64,000 bases of DNA from Candidatus Latescibacterota bacterium (GTDB taxonomy: Bacteria > Latescibacterota > UBA2968 > UBA8231). The notes under the pieces were generated by a model that made no database searches, had not been told where the DNA came from, and saw only the letters and a program-made list of their open reading frames with translations. The stretch lies in the NCBI GenBank assembly GCA_965200315.1, contig OZ241362.1, positions 2,848,001 to 2,912,000 of the forward strand, given 5' to 3'. The position numbers were made by a program, and so were the translations under genes. This document shows positions 1-8,854 of this stretch, one piece after another (positions within the stretch are counted from its first letter, which is position 1; each line of letters opens with the position of its first letter).

Positions 1-357
1 GGGCCGATCTTCGCGCGCCGGTGGTTTCATATTGGCCCGGTCTAGCGAAACCCACAGCTTTTCGTCGCCCCAAATCTCGGCAAAAGCCTGATGCACCTTG
101 GGATATTGCCGATTGTCCCACAGGGCTTGATGCTGGTAGATTTCGACCATTCCCGACTCTGAGATCGGCGAGCACAGGTTGCCGCGGGTATAGGGCTGGT
201 ACTTGTACCAATCCTCTTCGCATTCTGGGTCCATCTCCAGGAATTCCCAGATCGCCGCCACCATCGCGTCTAAGTTCTCCTCGGGCACGGCGTTGTGGAC
301 TACCACATAGCCGTTCTCTTCCCAGAAGACCCGATCTTCTTTGCTCAATACTGGCAT
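1..357 (-). CDS. PhyH-family (phytanoyl-CoA dioxygenase-like) protein, 5' part; runs off window start
   Basis: My own translation from ATG at 357 (GGAGGAG RBS upstream): MPVLSKEDRVFWEENGYVVVHNAVPEENLDA...ALWDNRQYPKVHQAFAEIWG..LWVSLDRANMKPP, a typical PhyH N-terminus. Not in the ORF track because it is open-ended. Confidence 0.8.
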   Translation of the reverse strand, partial: MPVLSKEDRVFWEENGYVVVHNAVPEENLDAMVAAIWEFLEMDPECEEDWYKYQPYTRGNLCSPISESGMVEIYQHQALWDNRQYPKVHQAFAEIWGDEKLWVSLDRANMKPPAREDRP

Positions 358-377
358 AGTCTCTCCTCCAAGTTAGA

Positions 378-1391
378 TTATCCGTACACCATCTGGATCA
401 AGGCCCGAATATACCCAATCGCATACGCCTTCCCGTACAACGGCCCGTACCCATGGGCAAAAGATGGCGTGTGGTCCATCATATACGGTCCATTGAATCC
501 ATTGTCGCGATACACCTCCATCGCTCGCCGCATATCCACCTCCCCCTCGTCCACGAACACCTCGGTGAATCGCGGCAACTGCCCGCGCACATTGCGGAAA
601 TGAACCCACGCGATTTTGCCCTGCGCAGCCATCTCGGCAATCGCATCGTAGATCTTCTCTGGCCCCAGCAGCTCGGTCATGCACCCCTGGCAAAAGAGCA
701 TGCAATTGCTGTCGCTCGGCGCGATCTCGAAGAAGATCTTGCGAAACTGCTCTAGGGTCGAACAAATCTGCGCCACGCCCCCTAGCGGCTCGGGAATTGG
801 CGGGTCGTCCGGGTGCAGGGCCATCCGCACATCCGCCTTTTCGGCTGCCGGGATCGCCGCCGCTAAAAATCGCTCCATCCGCGCCCACATCTGCGCCTCA
901 TCTACCGGAGGCTCGTGCGGTTTGGGCCGGTTTTTAGCAAAAACTGCGTAGTCGAATGTACTGTATTGCACACCGCCCCTGCCCGTATCCGCAGGGGTGC
1001 GAAAGTTGCCCATGGGCTTGAAGTTCCAGCCCACGCAGGGAATGCCGGCTTGGCCCACGCTCTCCAGCATCTTGCACCAGTGGCCGATCTGCTCATCCAG
1101 GTCCTCCTCGGCCAAGGTGATCTCCTCCCAAGCAGGCATGAAGATATTGTTCAGCTTCATGCCGTGCGCCTCCACCTTTTCCCGCGCCTGCGCCAATGCG
1201 TCGGTGCAGTCCTTGCCGGCCTTTATATCCTGCGCCAGCGACGTATTCGCCGAGCCGGTACCGCCTCGACGCCCAGCGGTGGGCACTCCTCCGCGCAACT
1301 CCAGATGGATAGAATCCACCCCGATCGCGCGAAAGAAGCTCAGGTGCTCGTCGTCGAGTTCGCCGATGGAAACTTGGTCTTGGATGTACAT
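378..1391 (-). CDS. uxuA: Mannonate dehydratase (UxuA) family protein
   Basis: Motifs GIPCVGWNF, MALHPDDPP, HFRNVRG, FVDEGEVDM, MMDHTP, AYAIGYIRAL. Start moved to MYIQDQ (1391) because the longer ORF overlaps the upstream gene. Confidence 0.8.
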   Translation of the reverse strand: MYIQDQVSIGELDDEHLSFFRAIGVDSIHLELRGGVPTAGRRGGTGSANTSLAQDIKAGKDCTDALAQAREKVEAHGMKLNNIFMPAWEEITLAEEDLDEQIGHWCKMLESVGQAGIPCVGWNFKPMGNFRTPADTGRGGVQYSTFDYAVFAKNRPKPHEPPVDEAQMWARMERFLAAAIPAAEKADVRMALHPDDPPIPEPLGGVAQICSTLEQFRKIFFEIAPSDSNCMLFCQGCMTELLGPEKIYDAIAEMAAQGKIAWVHFRNVRGQLPRFTEVFVDEGEVDMRRAMEVYRDNGFNGPYMMDHTPSFAHGYGPLYGKAYAIGYIRALIQMVYG

Positions 1392-1452
1392 CAGCCGCTT
1401 TCCTTTTTGACTGCCCACCCGCCGCGCCAATACCGCGCCCAACGCGAGTTTA

Positions 1453-2370
1453 TCATCCGGCGACCGGCCGATCTCGCTGGTTTTGGCCGCCGTAGCGGAA
1501 GCCCGGCACGTTGTCGGCGCAGTACGTACCGCGAAAGAGGGTCTGTCGCATCGGGGGCATCTGCTCGACGAGTTCGGCCGGCGGCGACCATGAGCTCCAG
1601 CGCGAGCCAACGCTATTGTAGAGATTGAATATGCCCACCCGCTCGTTATCGGCATTGGTCCACGGCGAGGTGCTGTGCGCCAGCGCCTCGGTAAAGAACA
1701 ACACGGACCCGGCCGGGCACTCGTATGTTTCCCACACCGCCGAATGAGGGTCCTGAATGGCCGCGGGCGAGGGGTATGCGGCCTTGTGGCTCCCCGTGGC
1801 TAAGAGCGTACCGCCTTGCCGCATTTTGACTGGAGCCAGTTCCCACACCACCCGCGTCAATCCGCTAAAGGACTTGCCGGGAATGCTCTGGTAGTGGTGT
1901 GAATCCACGGCGAAGCGGAAGAAGCCGCTGCCATTGTGCGGGTTGAAAACGCCCTCTCGCTCGGGGGTCGCCGCTGGGTTGCGCAAGTTGCTGCCCTCCA
2001 TCCTAAACCCGTAGCACTCGGCGCTCGACAGCCCTGGGAACGCCAAGAACTCGCTGAGGAAACCCACTACAACCGGATGATCAGTCAGCTTCTCCAGCGG
2101 CCCGGCGACAAAAGAACGCTCGTGTTCCGGCAGCGACTCAGGGTGGTTCTGCACGCGCAAGGCGTACTCGCGCATGGCCTCAATCTCGTCGTCGGCCAAT
2201 ACCCCGGGCACTAAGAGCCAGCCGCGAACATCGAAGAGGTATTTCTGCTCGTCGGTAAGCGCGACGACCGGCTCGCCATCGGCATTTTTTTGCGGCAGAT
2301 CGCCTTCCTCCAACAGCAACGGCTGCCCCAGATTCTTATCCACTACGTACGCTTCGCTCATCTTGTGCAT
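1453..2370 (-). CDS. PhyH-family dioxygenase (HxG-type triad)
   Basis: EQKYLFDVRGWLLVPGVL, PHNG, GSHKA, GSVLFFTEALAHS, and a basic Arg in NERVGIF. Confidence 0.8.
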   Translation of the reverse strand: MHKMSEAYVVDKNLGQPLLLEEGDLPQKNADGEPVVALTDEQKYLFDVRGWLLVPGVLADDEIEAMREYALRVQNHPESLPEHERSFVAGPLEKLTDHPVVVGFLSEFLAFPGLSSAECYGFRMEGSNLRNPAATPEREGVFNPHNGSGFFRFAVDSHHYQSIPGKSFSGLTRVVWELAPVKMRQGGTLLATGSHKAAYPSPAAIQDPHSAVWETYECPAGSVLFFTEALAHSTSPWTNADNERVGIFNLYNSVGSRWSSWSPPAELVEQMPPMRQTLFRGTYCADNVPGFRYGGQNQRDRPVAG

Positions 2371-2478
2371 CCCCTTTTGATTTTATAGCAATCCTGAAAG
2401 ACTTGAACGATTCGAGATGCGGATCGTTTTGTGAATGTTATTCTGCGTCCCTCTGCGTCTATCTATCTGCGGATTATC

Positions 2479-3342
2479 TTACGAACAACGTTGACCGGCT
2501 CGCGGAAACGGCGAGTGCGGCGACTTGTTTTTTCCATCTACTCCGTATTCGTCCGGCGGAAAATTCTGGCACAACGCGCCTTTGCGCACCACCCAATGTA
2601 AATTGCCCCAAGTGCGCGGCGAGCGGTCGGCCAGCGTCGGCGTGGTATAGACGCCAGCGATGCCGATCCGGCTCTGTGGACTCTCATTGACCGGGCTGTA
2701 GTGCCACATGCTGCTGTGCCAGCAGACGACATCGCCTGGGGCTAGCTCAATGTGCTCGACGCCGCGCTCGGCCTTTAGGGCTGCGACCCGTTCCCTCGGC
2801 AATTCGCCGTGAATGCTGTCGGCGTAGAGCACGTGCTCGACGATCTCGGTTTTGTGGCTTCCCGGGATGAACTGTAGGCAGCCGTTGTCGCGCCGCGCTG
2901 GGTCGAGAGCCATCCAGACGTTGAACGGCTCGGTCTCGCCATCGCGCCACAGGCCGTTGTCTTGGTGCCACGGCGTGGCCGCCCCGGTCTTGGCAGGCTT
3001 GACGAAGACGCTGCTGAACTTGAGCAGGATGTCATCGCCCAAGTAATACCGAGCCAGCGGTGCCATCGCCCCAGCGTGCGCCGTGTGCCAGACCAGCGGC
3101 GCGGTGTGGCACCAGCGGTTGAATTTGCGGAAGCGCTGCGCCCGCGCTTCGGGCGTATCGCCCATGGGGTCCATAGGGTCGGCGTCCGTGCGCACGTTCT
3201 CGGGCTCAGGGGTGTACAGGACGTTCTTGATCACCCCGCGCATCTCTGCCGCTTGGTCGGCCGACACAACCCCAGATACCGTGAAAAAGCCCTTTTCCTC
3301 CCAAGATTGGGCTTGGGCTTGGGTAGGTTGCCAGCTTTTCAT
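2479..3342 (-). CDS. PhyH-family dioxygenase
   Basis: TPWHQDNG, DNGCLQFIPGSH, GDVVCWHSSMWHYS..N...SR. Confidence 0.9.
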   Translation of the reverse strand: MKSWQPTQAQAQSWEEKGFFTVSGVVSADQAAEMRGVIKNVLYTPEPENVRTDADPMDPMGDTPEARAQRFRKFNRWCHTAPLVWHTAHAGAMAPLARYYLGDDILLKFSSVFVKPAKTGAATPWHQDNGLWRDGETEPFNVWMALDPARRDNGCLQFIPGSHKTEIVEHVLYADSIHGELPRERVAALKAERGVEHIELAPGDVVCWHSSMWHYSPVNESPQSRIGIAGVYTTPTLADRSPRTWGNLHWVVRKGALCQNFPPDEYGVDGKNKSPHSPFPRAGQRCS

Positions 3343-3354
3343 GCGTCCTCCATC

Positions 3355-4494
3355 TCAGTGCTCTTCAACCACCAGTGAGCCGAATTTCTCCTCGTCCCAC
3401 TCTGCACCCCAACCCGGCCCATCCGGGGGTGCGATGTGCCCTTCTTCAATCAAGGGCGCGTTGAGCAAACCCCAGTGCGCCCCGGTCTGCCGCAGGCTGT
3501 CGGCCGTTGCCCCGAAAAACTCGTAGAAATCCGTGTTGTCGATACAGCAGCCCAAGTGTGCGTGGACCAGCCCATCCAACGCCCCACCGCCATTTAGTTC
3601 GATATTCGCGCCGTGCAGCTCGGCCAGATGCGCCAGCTTCAGCACCTGCGTCGTTCCGTGCCGGGCGTTGCCCCGCAGGCGATCGGTCGCCCCTTGGATC
3701 AACCATTGCGCCGTCAAGTCGATGTCGTGCATCAGCATTTCGGTCCCCATTATCGGAATGGTCAACGCTTGGCACAACTCCTGATATTGATTCATCTTCT
3801 GCTCGTGCATCGGCTCTTCTAACCACACAAAATCCAGCTCCTCCAGCACGCGCCCCACCTCAATGGCCTCGCGCAAGCTGTATGAACACACTGGATCGGT
3901 GATCAAATCGTACTCCGGCCCCACAGCATCCCGCACGGCCCTGTAAATGGGGATATCGGCCTTGCCGCCTTTATACGTGTGAAATTTGTAAGCCCCTATA
4001 CCCATTTCCTTGCCGGTCTCTATAGCCTTGAGATACCCCTCTATATCCGCATCCCCGCCGGTCAGATACGCGGGCAGTCGCGGCCGCACGCGCCCCACCA
4101 ACGCATAGACCGGCAGCCCCGCGGCCTTGCCCAAAATGTCCCACAGACAGTTGTCAAACGCCCCAAACCACCCCGGGGGCTGGTACACCCACCGGGTGCC
4201 CTTCCAAAACTGCTGAAACAGCCCCTCGCGCTCCCAAGGGCTCCGCCCCACCGCGTGATACCGCACGATGTCGGCTTGATAGGGAGTCATCGACGTATCG
4301 CTGCGCCCCACAATCCCCTCGTCCGTATGCACCTCCAAAAAGCTTTGTCGCACCGGGCGCAATTTCTGATCGGGCCTTCCCTTGTGAGTGTATTGTATCC
4401 TCCGCAGCCCCTCTACTCGTGAGATATTATGGCCGACGCTTCCCCTGCGACTTGGGTCTTCCAACACCAGTAATTTCACCTCGGTGATTTTCAT
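3355..4494 (-). CDS. Mandelate racemase/muconate lactonizing enzyme (enolase superfamily) protein
   Basis: MKITEVK start after AAGGA RBS; DNCLWDILGKAAGLPVYALVG, WLEEP, PDGPGWG. The catalytic region is atypical (KFH, TDP). Confidence 0.85.
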   Translation of the reverse strand: MKITEVKLLVLEDPSRRGSVGHNISRVEGLRRIQYTHKGRPDQKLRPVRQSFLEVHTDEGIVGRSDTSMTPYQADIVRYHAVGRSPWEREGLFQQFWKGTRWVYQPPGWFGAFDNCLWDILGKAAGLPVYALVGRVRPRLPAYLTGGDADIEGYLKAIETGKEMGIGAYKFHTYKGGKADIPIYRAVRDAVGPEYDLITDPVCSYSLREAIEVGRVLEELDFVWLEEPMHEQKMNQYQELCQALTIPIMGTEMLMHDIDLTAQWLIQGATDRLRGNARHGTTQVLKLAHLAELHGANIELNGGGALDGLVHAHLGCCIDNTDFYEFFGATADSLRQTGAHWGLLNAPLIEEGHIAPPDGPGWGAEWDEEKFGSLVVEEH

Positions 4495-4573
4495 CTGCGC
4501 TTCCTTTATCTGAAAATTTGAATACCCTATATTTCCGCACTTAGAAACCAACTGTCAATCTCAGGGCCTTGAT

Positions 4574-5707
4574 ATGAAAATCGCTGCCATCGAAACCTTC
4601 GACCTCACCTGCCCGCTTGAGTGCCCCTTTGGCTGGTCCCAAGGCTGGCTCGACCAGCGCAGCACCACGCTCGTCAAAATCACCGCGGACGACGGCCTCG
4701 GCGGCTGGGGCGAAGGCGCGGCTGCCGGTCTCATCGACGGCTTGCTCGCCCCGCTGCTCATCGGCCAAGACCCCATGGACCGCGCCGGGCTGTGGGAGCG
4801 CATGTTCCACGCTCTCTACAACGGCAACAACGCGGTCGGCCTAGCCGGCAGCGCCCTTTCCGCGCTCGACATGGCCCTCTGGGATCTCGCGGGCAAAGCC
4901 ACCGGCCTCCCGGTCTGTGCGCTCCTCGGAGGCAAGGTGCGCGATAAAATCGCCGTCTATGCCACCGGCCTCTACTATACTGAAGGCGAGTTTCCCGACC
5001 GCCTGCTCAACGAGGCGCGAGGCTATGTGGCCGCCGGCTTCAAGGGGATGAAGACCAAGGTCGGAGGGCTGTCCATCGCCGAGGATGTCGCGCGCGTCAC
5101 GGCGCTGCGCGATGCCATCGGCCCGGACATTCACCTCATGGTCGATGCCAACGAGGCCTACAACGCCACCACGGCGATTCGCATTGGCCAGAAGCTGGCC
5201 GAGCTGGACCTAATGTGGTTTGAAGAGCCGGTCAATGCCCAAGACCTAGACGCCTATCTGGAGGTCAAAGCCGCGCTGCCCATGGCCATTGCCGGCGGCG
5301 AAAACCTGCGCACCCGTTACGAATTCAAGCCCTACCTGACGCGCCGCGCCTACGATATTGTCCAGCCCGACATCATGCACTGCGGCGGCATCACCGAAAT
5401 GCAGCGCATCTGCGCCATGGCCAACGCCTGCGGCATTCAGGTCAATCCCCACGTTTGGGGATCGCCCGTTATGATCGCCGCCACCTTGCACCTAGCCGCC
5501 ACCTTGCCGCCCTGCCCGCCAGCGCACAACGCTCAACCCTATATGCAGGAGCCGGTGATGGAATTAGACCGCACGCCGAGTGCCATTCGCCAAGAGCTAT
5601 GCGCGGTGCCGTTTGACCAAGAGGACAGCTTTGTGCGCGTGCCGACCGGGCCGGGATTGGGGATTGAGGTGGATGAAGAGGTGGTCGAGAGGTTAAGGCA
5701 AGGTTAG
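4574..5707 (+). CDS. Mandelate racemase/muconate lactonizing enzyme family protein (acid-sugar dehydratase/cycloisomerase-like)
   Basis: DMALWDLAGK, KTKVG, LMVDAN, WFEEP, AGGEN, QPD, PHVW, PTGPGLG. Confidence 0.9.
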   Translation: MKIAAIETFDLTCPLECPFGWSQGWLDQRSTTLVKITADDGLGGWGEGAAAGLIDGLLAPLLIGQDPMDRAGLWERMFHALYNGNNAVGLAGSALSALDMALWDLAGKATGLPVCALLGGKVRDKIAVYATGLYYTEGEFPDRLLNEARGYVAAGFKGMKTKVGGLSIAEDVARVTALRDAIGPDIHLMVDANEAYNATTAIRIGQKLAELDLMWFEEPVNAQDLDAYLEVKAALPMAIAGGENLRTRYEFKPYLTRRAYDIVQPDIMHCGGITEMQRICAMANACGIQVNPHVWGSPVMIAATLHLAATLPPCPPAHNAQPYMQEPVMELDRTPSAIRQELCAVPFDQEDSFVRVPTGPGLGIEVDEEVVERLRQG

Positions 5708-5815
5708 ATTGAAAAACGTTGGCCACTCGGCAGACTAGAACCCTCAGACCTGGAGCCGCTCAAGGCAGCGTAACGATTCTAGCCTGGGGTTGGGAATGGC
5801 ATCTTCAAGAGCATT

Positions 5816-6745
5816 TTGGCGGCTGTGAGCAACCAGATTGAGCGTCGATCACTAGGCCTAACCCTTGCCTTTACCACCCTGCTGTTGTGGGGTGCCCTGC
5901 CCGTGGTGCTCAAGCTGTTGTTGCAATCGCTGGACCCCTTTACGGTTACTTGGTCCCGCTTCTTGCTCGCGGGGGCCATGCTGGTCCCCGTCATCCACTT
6001 TCGCTACGGCCTTACCTCCCCTTTTCGGATACGCGGCGCAGCCTTGGTGCTAGCGGTGGTTTGCGTCCTCGGCCTTGGCGGCAACTACCTGACGTATCTG
6101 ATGGGTCTGAGCCGTATCTCGCCTAGCTCGGCTCAGATCGTGATGCAGTTTTCGCCAATAATTGTGCTCTTGGGCGGGCTGATCTTCTTCAAAGAACCCT
6201 TTAGCCGTCTGCAGTGGCTCGGCCTCGGCGGGCTGATCGTGGGGATGGGGCTCTTTTTTAATCAGCGCTTCGCCGAACTGCTCTTCGTGTTGGAAAACTA
6301 CGGCATCGGCGTTTGGCTCGTCTTTGCCTCGGCCATTCTCTGGGGGGTTTTCATGTTGGCGCAAAAACCCCTGCTGCGGCACCTGCCCTCAACCTCGATT
6401 ATGGCCTTGGTCTATTGGTTTGGCATGCTGCTCTTCCTGCCCTTGGCCCAACCGAGCCACATATTCGACCTGCCGGCCATCCCCTCCTTGCTCTTGGCCT
6501 GCTCGGTCGTCTTCACCCTCGTCTCCTATCTCAGCTTCGCCGAATCGCTCAAGCGGATGGAGGCCTCGCGCATGGGCGCGCTGGTCTCGCTGACGCCTCT
6601 GGTCACGATGGCCGTGATGGGCCTACTCGCCCTGTTCGACCCCAACCTAGTCCCCATGGAACCCCTCAACAAACCCGCCATCGGCGGTACCTTACTGGTG
6701 GTCGTCGGATCGATGTGTAGCACCCTCGGCAAGAGCGCCTCTTAA
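5816..6745 (+). CDS. EamA/DMT family transporter
   Basis: About 10 hydrophobic segments; LLWG..P, 'SPIIVLLGG..FFKEPFS..QW' EamA signature. Start may be the GTG at 5825. Confidence 0.85.
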   Translation: MAAVSNQIERRSLGLTLAFTTLLLWGALPVVLKLLLQSLDPFTVTWSRFLLAGAMLVPVIHFRYGLTSPFRIRGAALVLAVVCVLGLGGNYLTYLMGLSRISPSSAQIVMQFSPIIVLLGGLIFFKEPFSRLQWLGLGGLIVGMGLFFNQRFAELLFVLENYGIGVWLVFASAILWGVFMLAQKPLLRHLPSTSIMALVYWFGMLLFLPLAQPSHIFDLPAIPSLLLACSVVFTLVSYLSFAESLKRMEASRMGALVSLTPLVTMAVMGLLALFDPNLVPMEPLNKPAIGGTLLVVVGSMCSTLGKSAS

Positions 6746-6760
6746 TGGCAAGGAACACCA

Positions 6761-7336
6761 ATGGACTTTCGCATCGAAGAAGAAAGCCTCGACGGCCTGT
6801 CCGAATACGGCCAAGTGCCCATCGCCCTTGAGGTAAAAAGCCGCTTGCGCGTCGAACTCGTCACCAACGGCCTCGGGGGAATCCGACTGGTCGAAGAACC
6901 CGTCGATCCTCCCTACATCAAAAACTACGACCACTCCGGCGGCCCCGAACGCTGGACTCGGAGAACGTGGGACCTCTCGCGGTGGATTGTGCTCTCCGCA
7001 TACAGGGAACAGGAGCGCATCGGCGGGGCTATTGTCGCCTTTCACGGCGAGGGCTTAGGCTACTGCGAAGGGCGCGAAGACCTCGCTGGCCTCTGGGATA
7101 TCCGCGTGCGATCCGAATATCAAGGACGAGGCGTGGGCCAAGCGCTCTTCCAACGCGCCGAGACCTGCGCCAAGAAGCGGGGCTGCACTCAGTTCAAGAT
7201 CGAAACCCAAAACATCAACGTCCCCGCCTGCCGTTTCTACGCCCGCATGGGTGCCAAACTCGGTCACGTCCATCTCTACGCCTACCGTACCGAGGGCCTA
7301 GACGAGGTGCAACTGACCTGGTACAAGGATCTGTAG
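6761..7336 (+). CDS. GNAT family N-acetyltransferase (streptothricin acetyltransferase-like)
   Basis: DIRVRSEYQGRGVG acetyl-CoA motif; KIETQNINVPACRFY. Confidence 0.85.
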   Translation: MDFRIEEESLDGLSEYGQVPIALEVKSRLRVELVTNGLGGIRLVEEPVDPPYIKNYDHSGGPERWTRRTWDLSRWIVLSAYREQERIGGAIVAFHGEGLGYCEGREDLAGLWDIRVRSEYQGRGVGQALFQRAETCAKKRGCTQFKIETQNINVPACRFYARMGAKLGHVHLYAYRTEGLDEVQLTWYKDL

Positions 7337-7470
7337 CGGCCGCAGACGCTGACGGTCAAAAAGCGCGAGGCGATTTGCTTCCAGTCGCGTTGGGTCTTTT
7401 GCGGCAACCCAAGCCGCGGGCGAAGAATCATTTGAGTACAATTCAGGTTTTATACCGAGGAGAGCCAAGT

Positions 7471-8649
7471 ATGACCGATCTTTTCGATAGAGTGCGCGAA
7501 GACTTCCCGCGAGCGCGGACCATGGCGTACTTCGACAACGCTTCGTCGCATCCGATCAGTGCACACTCGGCCGCGGCCCTGCACCGGTACGTCGATTGGG
7601 TCGCCCACGAGGTGGGGGAGCCGTGGTGGCCGGCTTGGGCACCGCCGCGAGACCAAGCCAAGGCCCTATTTGCCCGGCTCATCAACGCCGAGCCCGGAGA
7701 AATCGCCTTTGCACGCAGCACGGTGGAATCGGAGAGCAACATCCTCAACGGCTTGAGGGATCACCTAGCCGGCGGCAATGTGGTGATGTCTGATCTGAAC
7801 TTCAGCCCCTGCATATCCAGCTACAAGTTTCGCGAGCAGCAAGGTCTTGATGTGCGGATCGTCAAGAGCAGTCTGTCGCCAGTATTGGCGACACATCGCA
7901 ACTGGCAAATCGACATGACCGCCATGGAAGACGCAGTCGACAGCAATACCCGGCTGATTTCGGTGGCATTGGTGTCAAACGTCAACGGGTATGTCGCAGA
8001 TGTCGCGGCGATAAGCAAGCTGGCTCACGACAACGGCGCGTATCTGTATGTCGATATCATGCAGGCCGCGGGCGGCGTTCCCATCGACGTCAAGGCGATG
8101 GGCATCGACTTTGCGGCTTGTTCGACGTTCAAGTGGCTGATGGGCGTCAAGGGGTTTGGGTTTCTGTACGTTCGCTCTGATCTGCAGATCGACGTGCTCA
8201 AACCGTCGCAGCCCACGGGTGGTGTGAGACTCAACTATCCCCCCTGGGTGGAAGAGCCCGATTCGGCCAGTGAGGAGATATCGTTTTCACCCCCCACCGG
8301 AGTCGGTGCCTACGAGGTCAGTTACCCCTCGTACGAAGGAGTCGTGTGCGCCCAAGAGAGCCTGCAGTACATCCTGCGCCTTGGAGTCGATAGAATCCGC
8401 AACCACGCGAGGGACCTGACCGATCGCTTGCAGGAGGAGCTGCCGAAGAGGGGGTACAAATCGATCACGCCGCAGGGGAACGAAAGCCCCATACTCTCCT
8501 TCGTAGCGCCACACCCCGAAGCTGTCTTGGCCAGTTGTAGGAGTGCCAATGTTCATGTGGCGATGCGTTTCGGCAACAAGATGCGCCTCTCGCCCTCGGT
8601 GTACAACAACCACGAAGATATCGATCGCCTCCTCGAAGCCCTGCCTTAG
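7471..8649 (+). CDS. Aminotransferase class V / cysteine desulfurase-like PLP enzyme
   Basis: YFDNAS, YVDIMQAAG, ACSTFKWLMG (PLP Lys), RLSPSVYN. Start MTDLFD after GAGGAG. Carries a 9-aa insertion (see findings). Confidence 0.85.
   Translation: MTDLFDRVREDFPRARTMAYFDNASSHPISAHSAAALHRYVDWVAHEVGEPWWPAWAPPRDQAKALFARLINAEPGEIAFARSTVESESNILNGLRDHLAGGNVVMSDLNFSPCISSYKFREQQGLDVRIVKSSLSPVLATHRNWQIDMTAMEDAVDSNTRLISVALVSNVNGYVADVAAISKLAHDNGAYLYVDIMQAAGGVPIDVKAMGIDFAACSTFKWLMGVKGFGFLYVRSDLQIDVLKPSQPTGGVRLNYPPWVEEPDSASEEISFSPPTGVGAYEVSYPSYEGVVCAQESLQYILRLGVDRIRNHARDLTDRLQEELPKRGYKSITPQGNESPILSFVAPHPEAVLASCRSANVHVAMRFGNKMRLSPSVYNNHEDIDRLLEALP
7867..7893 (+). repeat. 27-nt palindromic repeat, copy A (in frame inside the aminotransferase)
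   Basis: AGCAGTCTGTCGCCAGTATTGGCGACA, an 8-bp stem with a 4-nt loop; related copies at 40461-40487 and 46024-46050. Confidence 0.75.
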
Positions 8650-8790
8650 AAACTGTCGAGTTATTCGGAATACGCTGCGGAAAAGAGCTGATTTCAGCCG
8701 TATAAGCCTCACTTTGCAGGGCCGCCGGGGGGTGCAATCTCCTAAAGTCGCCTGAGATCGTACCGATATTCGTTTTAACTCAACAGCTTC
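8649..8790. mobile_element. MITE (142 bp), IS5-family-like ends
   Basis: TIRs GAAACTGTCGAGTTA / TAACTCAACAGCTTC (13/15 match), flanked by TTA on both sides (8646-8648, 8791-8793). Confidence 0.65.
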
Positions 8791-8854
8791 TTAGAAGCTG
8801 CCTGCTTCACCGCGCCTTTCGGCACGACAAACCCCCGGCGGCCTCTTAGTCCCC

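Noticed and set aside
2383-2475. TATAGCAATCC and TCTGCGTC short repeats between PhyH genes
   Set aside because: They resemble small repeat families, but no matching second end or second copy is present in the window.
6967-7470. Long N-terminal extensions in the ORF track (also 1392-1655, 14613-14870, 26217-26381, 31517-31654)
   Set aside because: They overlap neighbouring real genes or a terminator; downstream starts have RBSs and match family N-termini.
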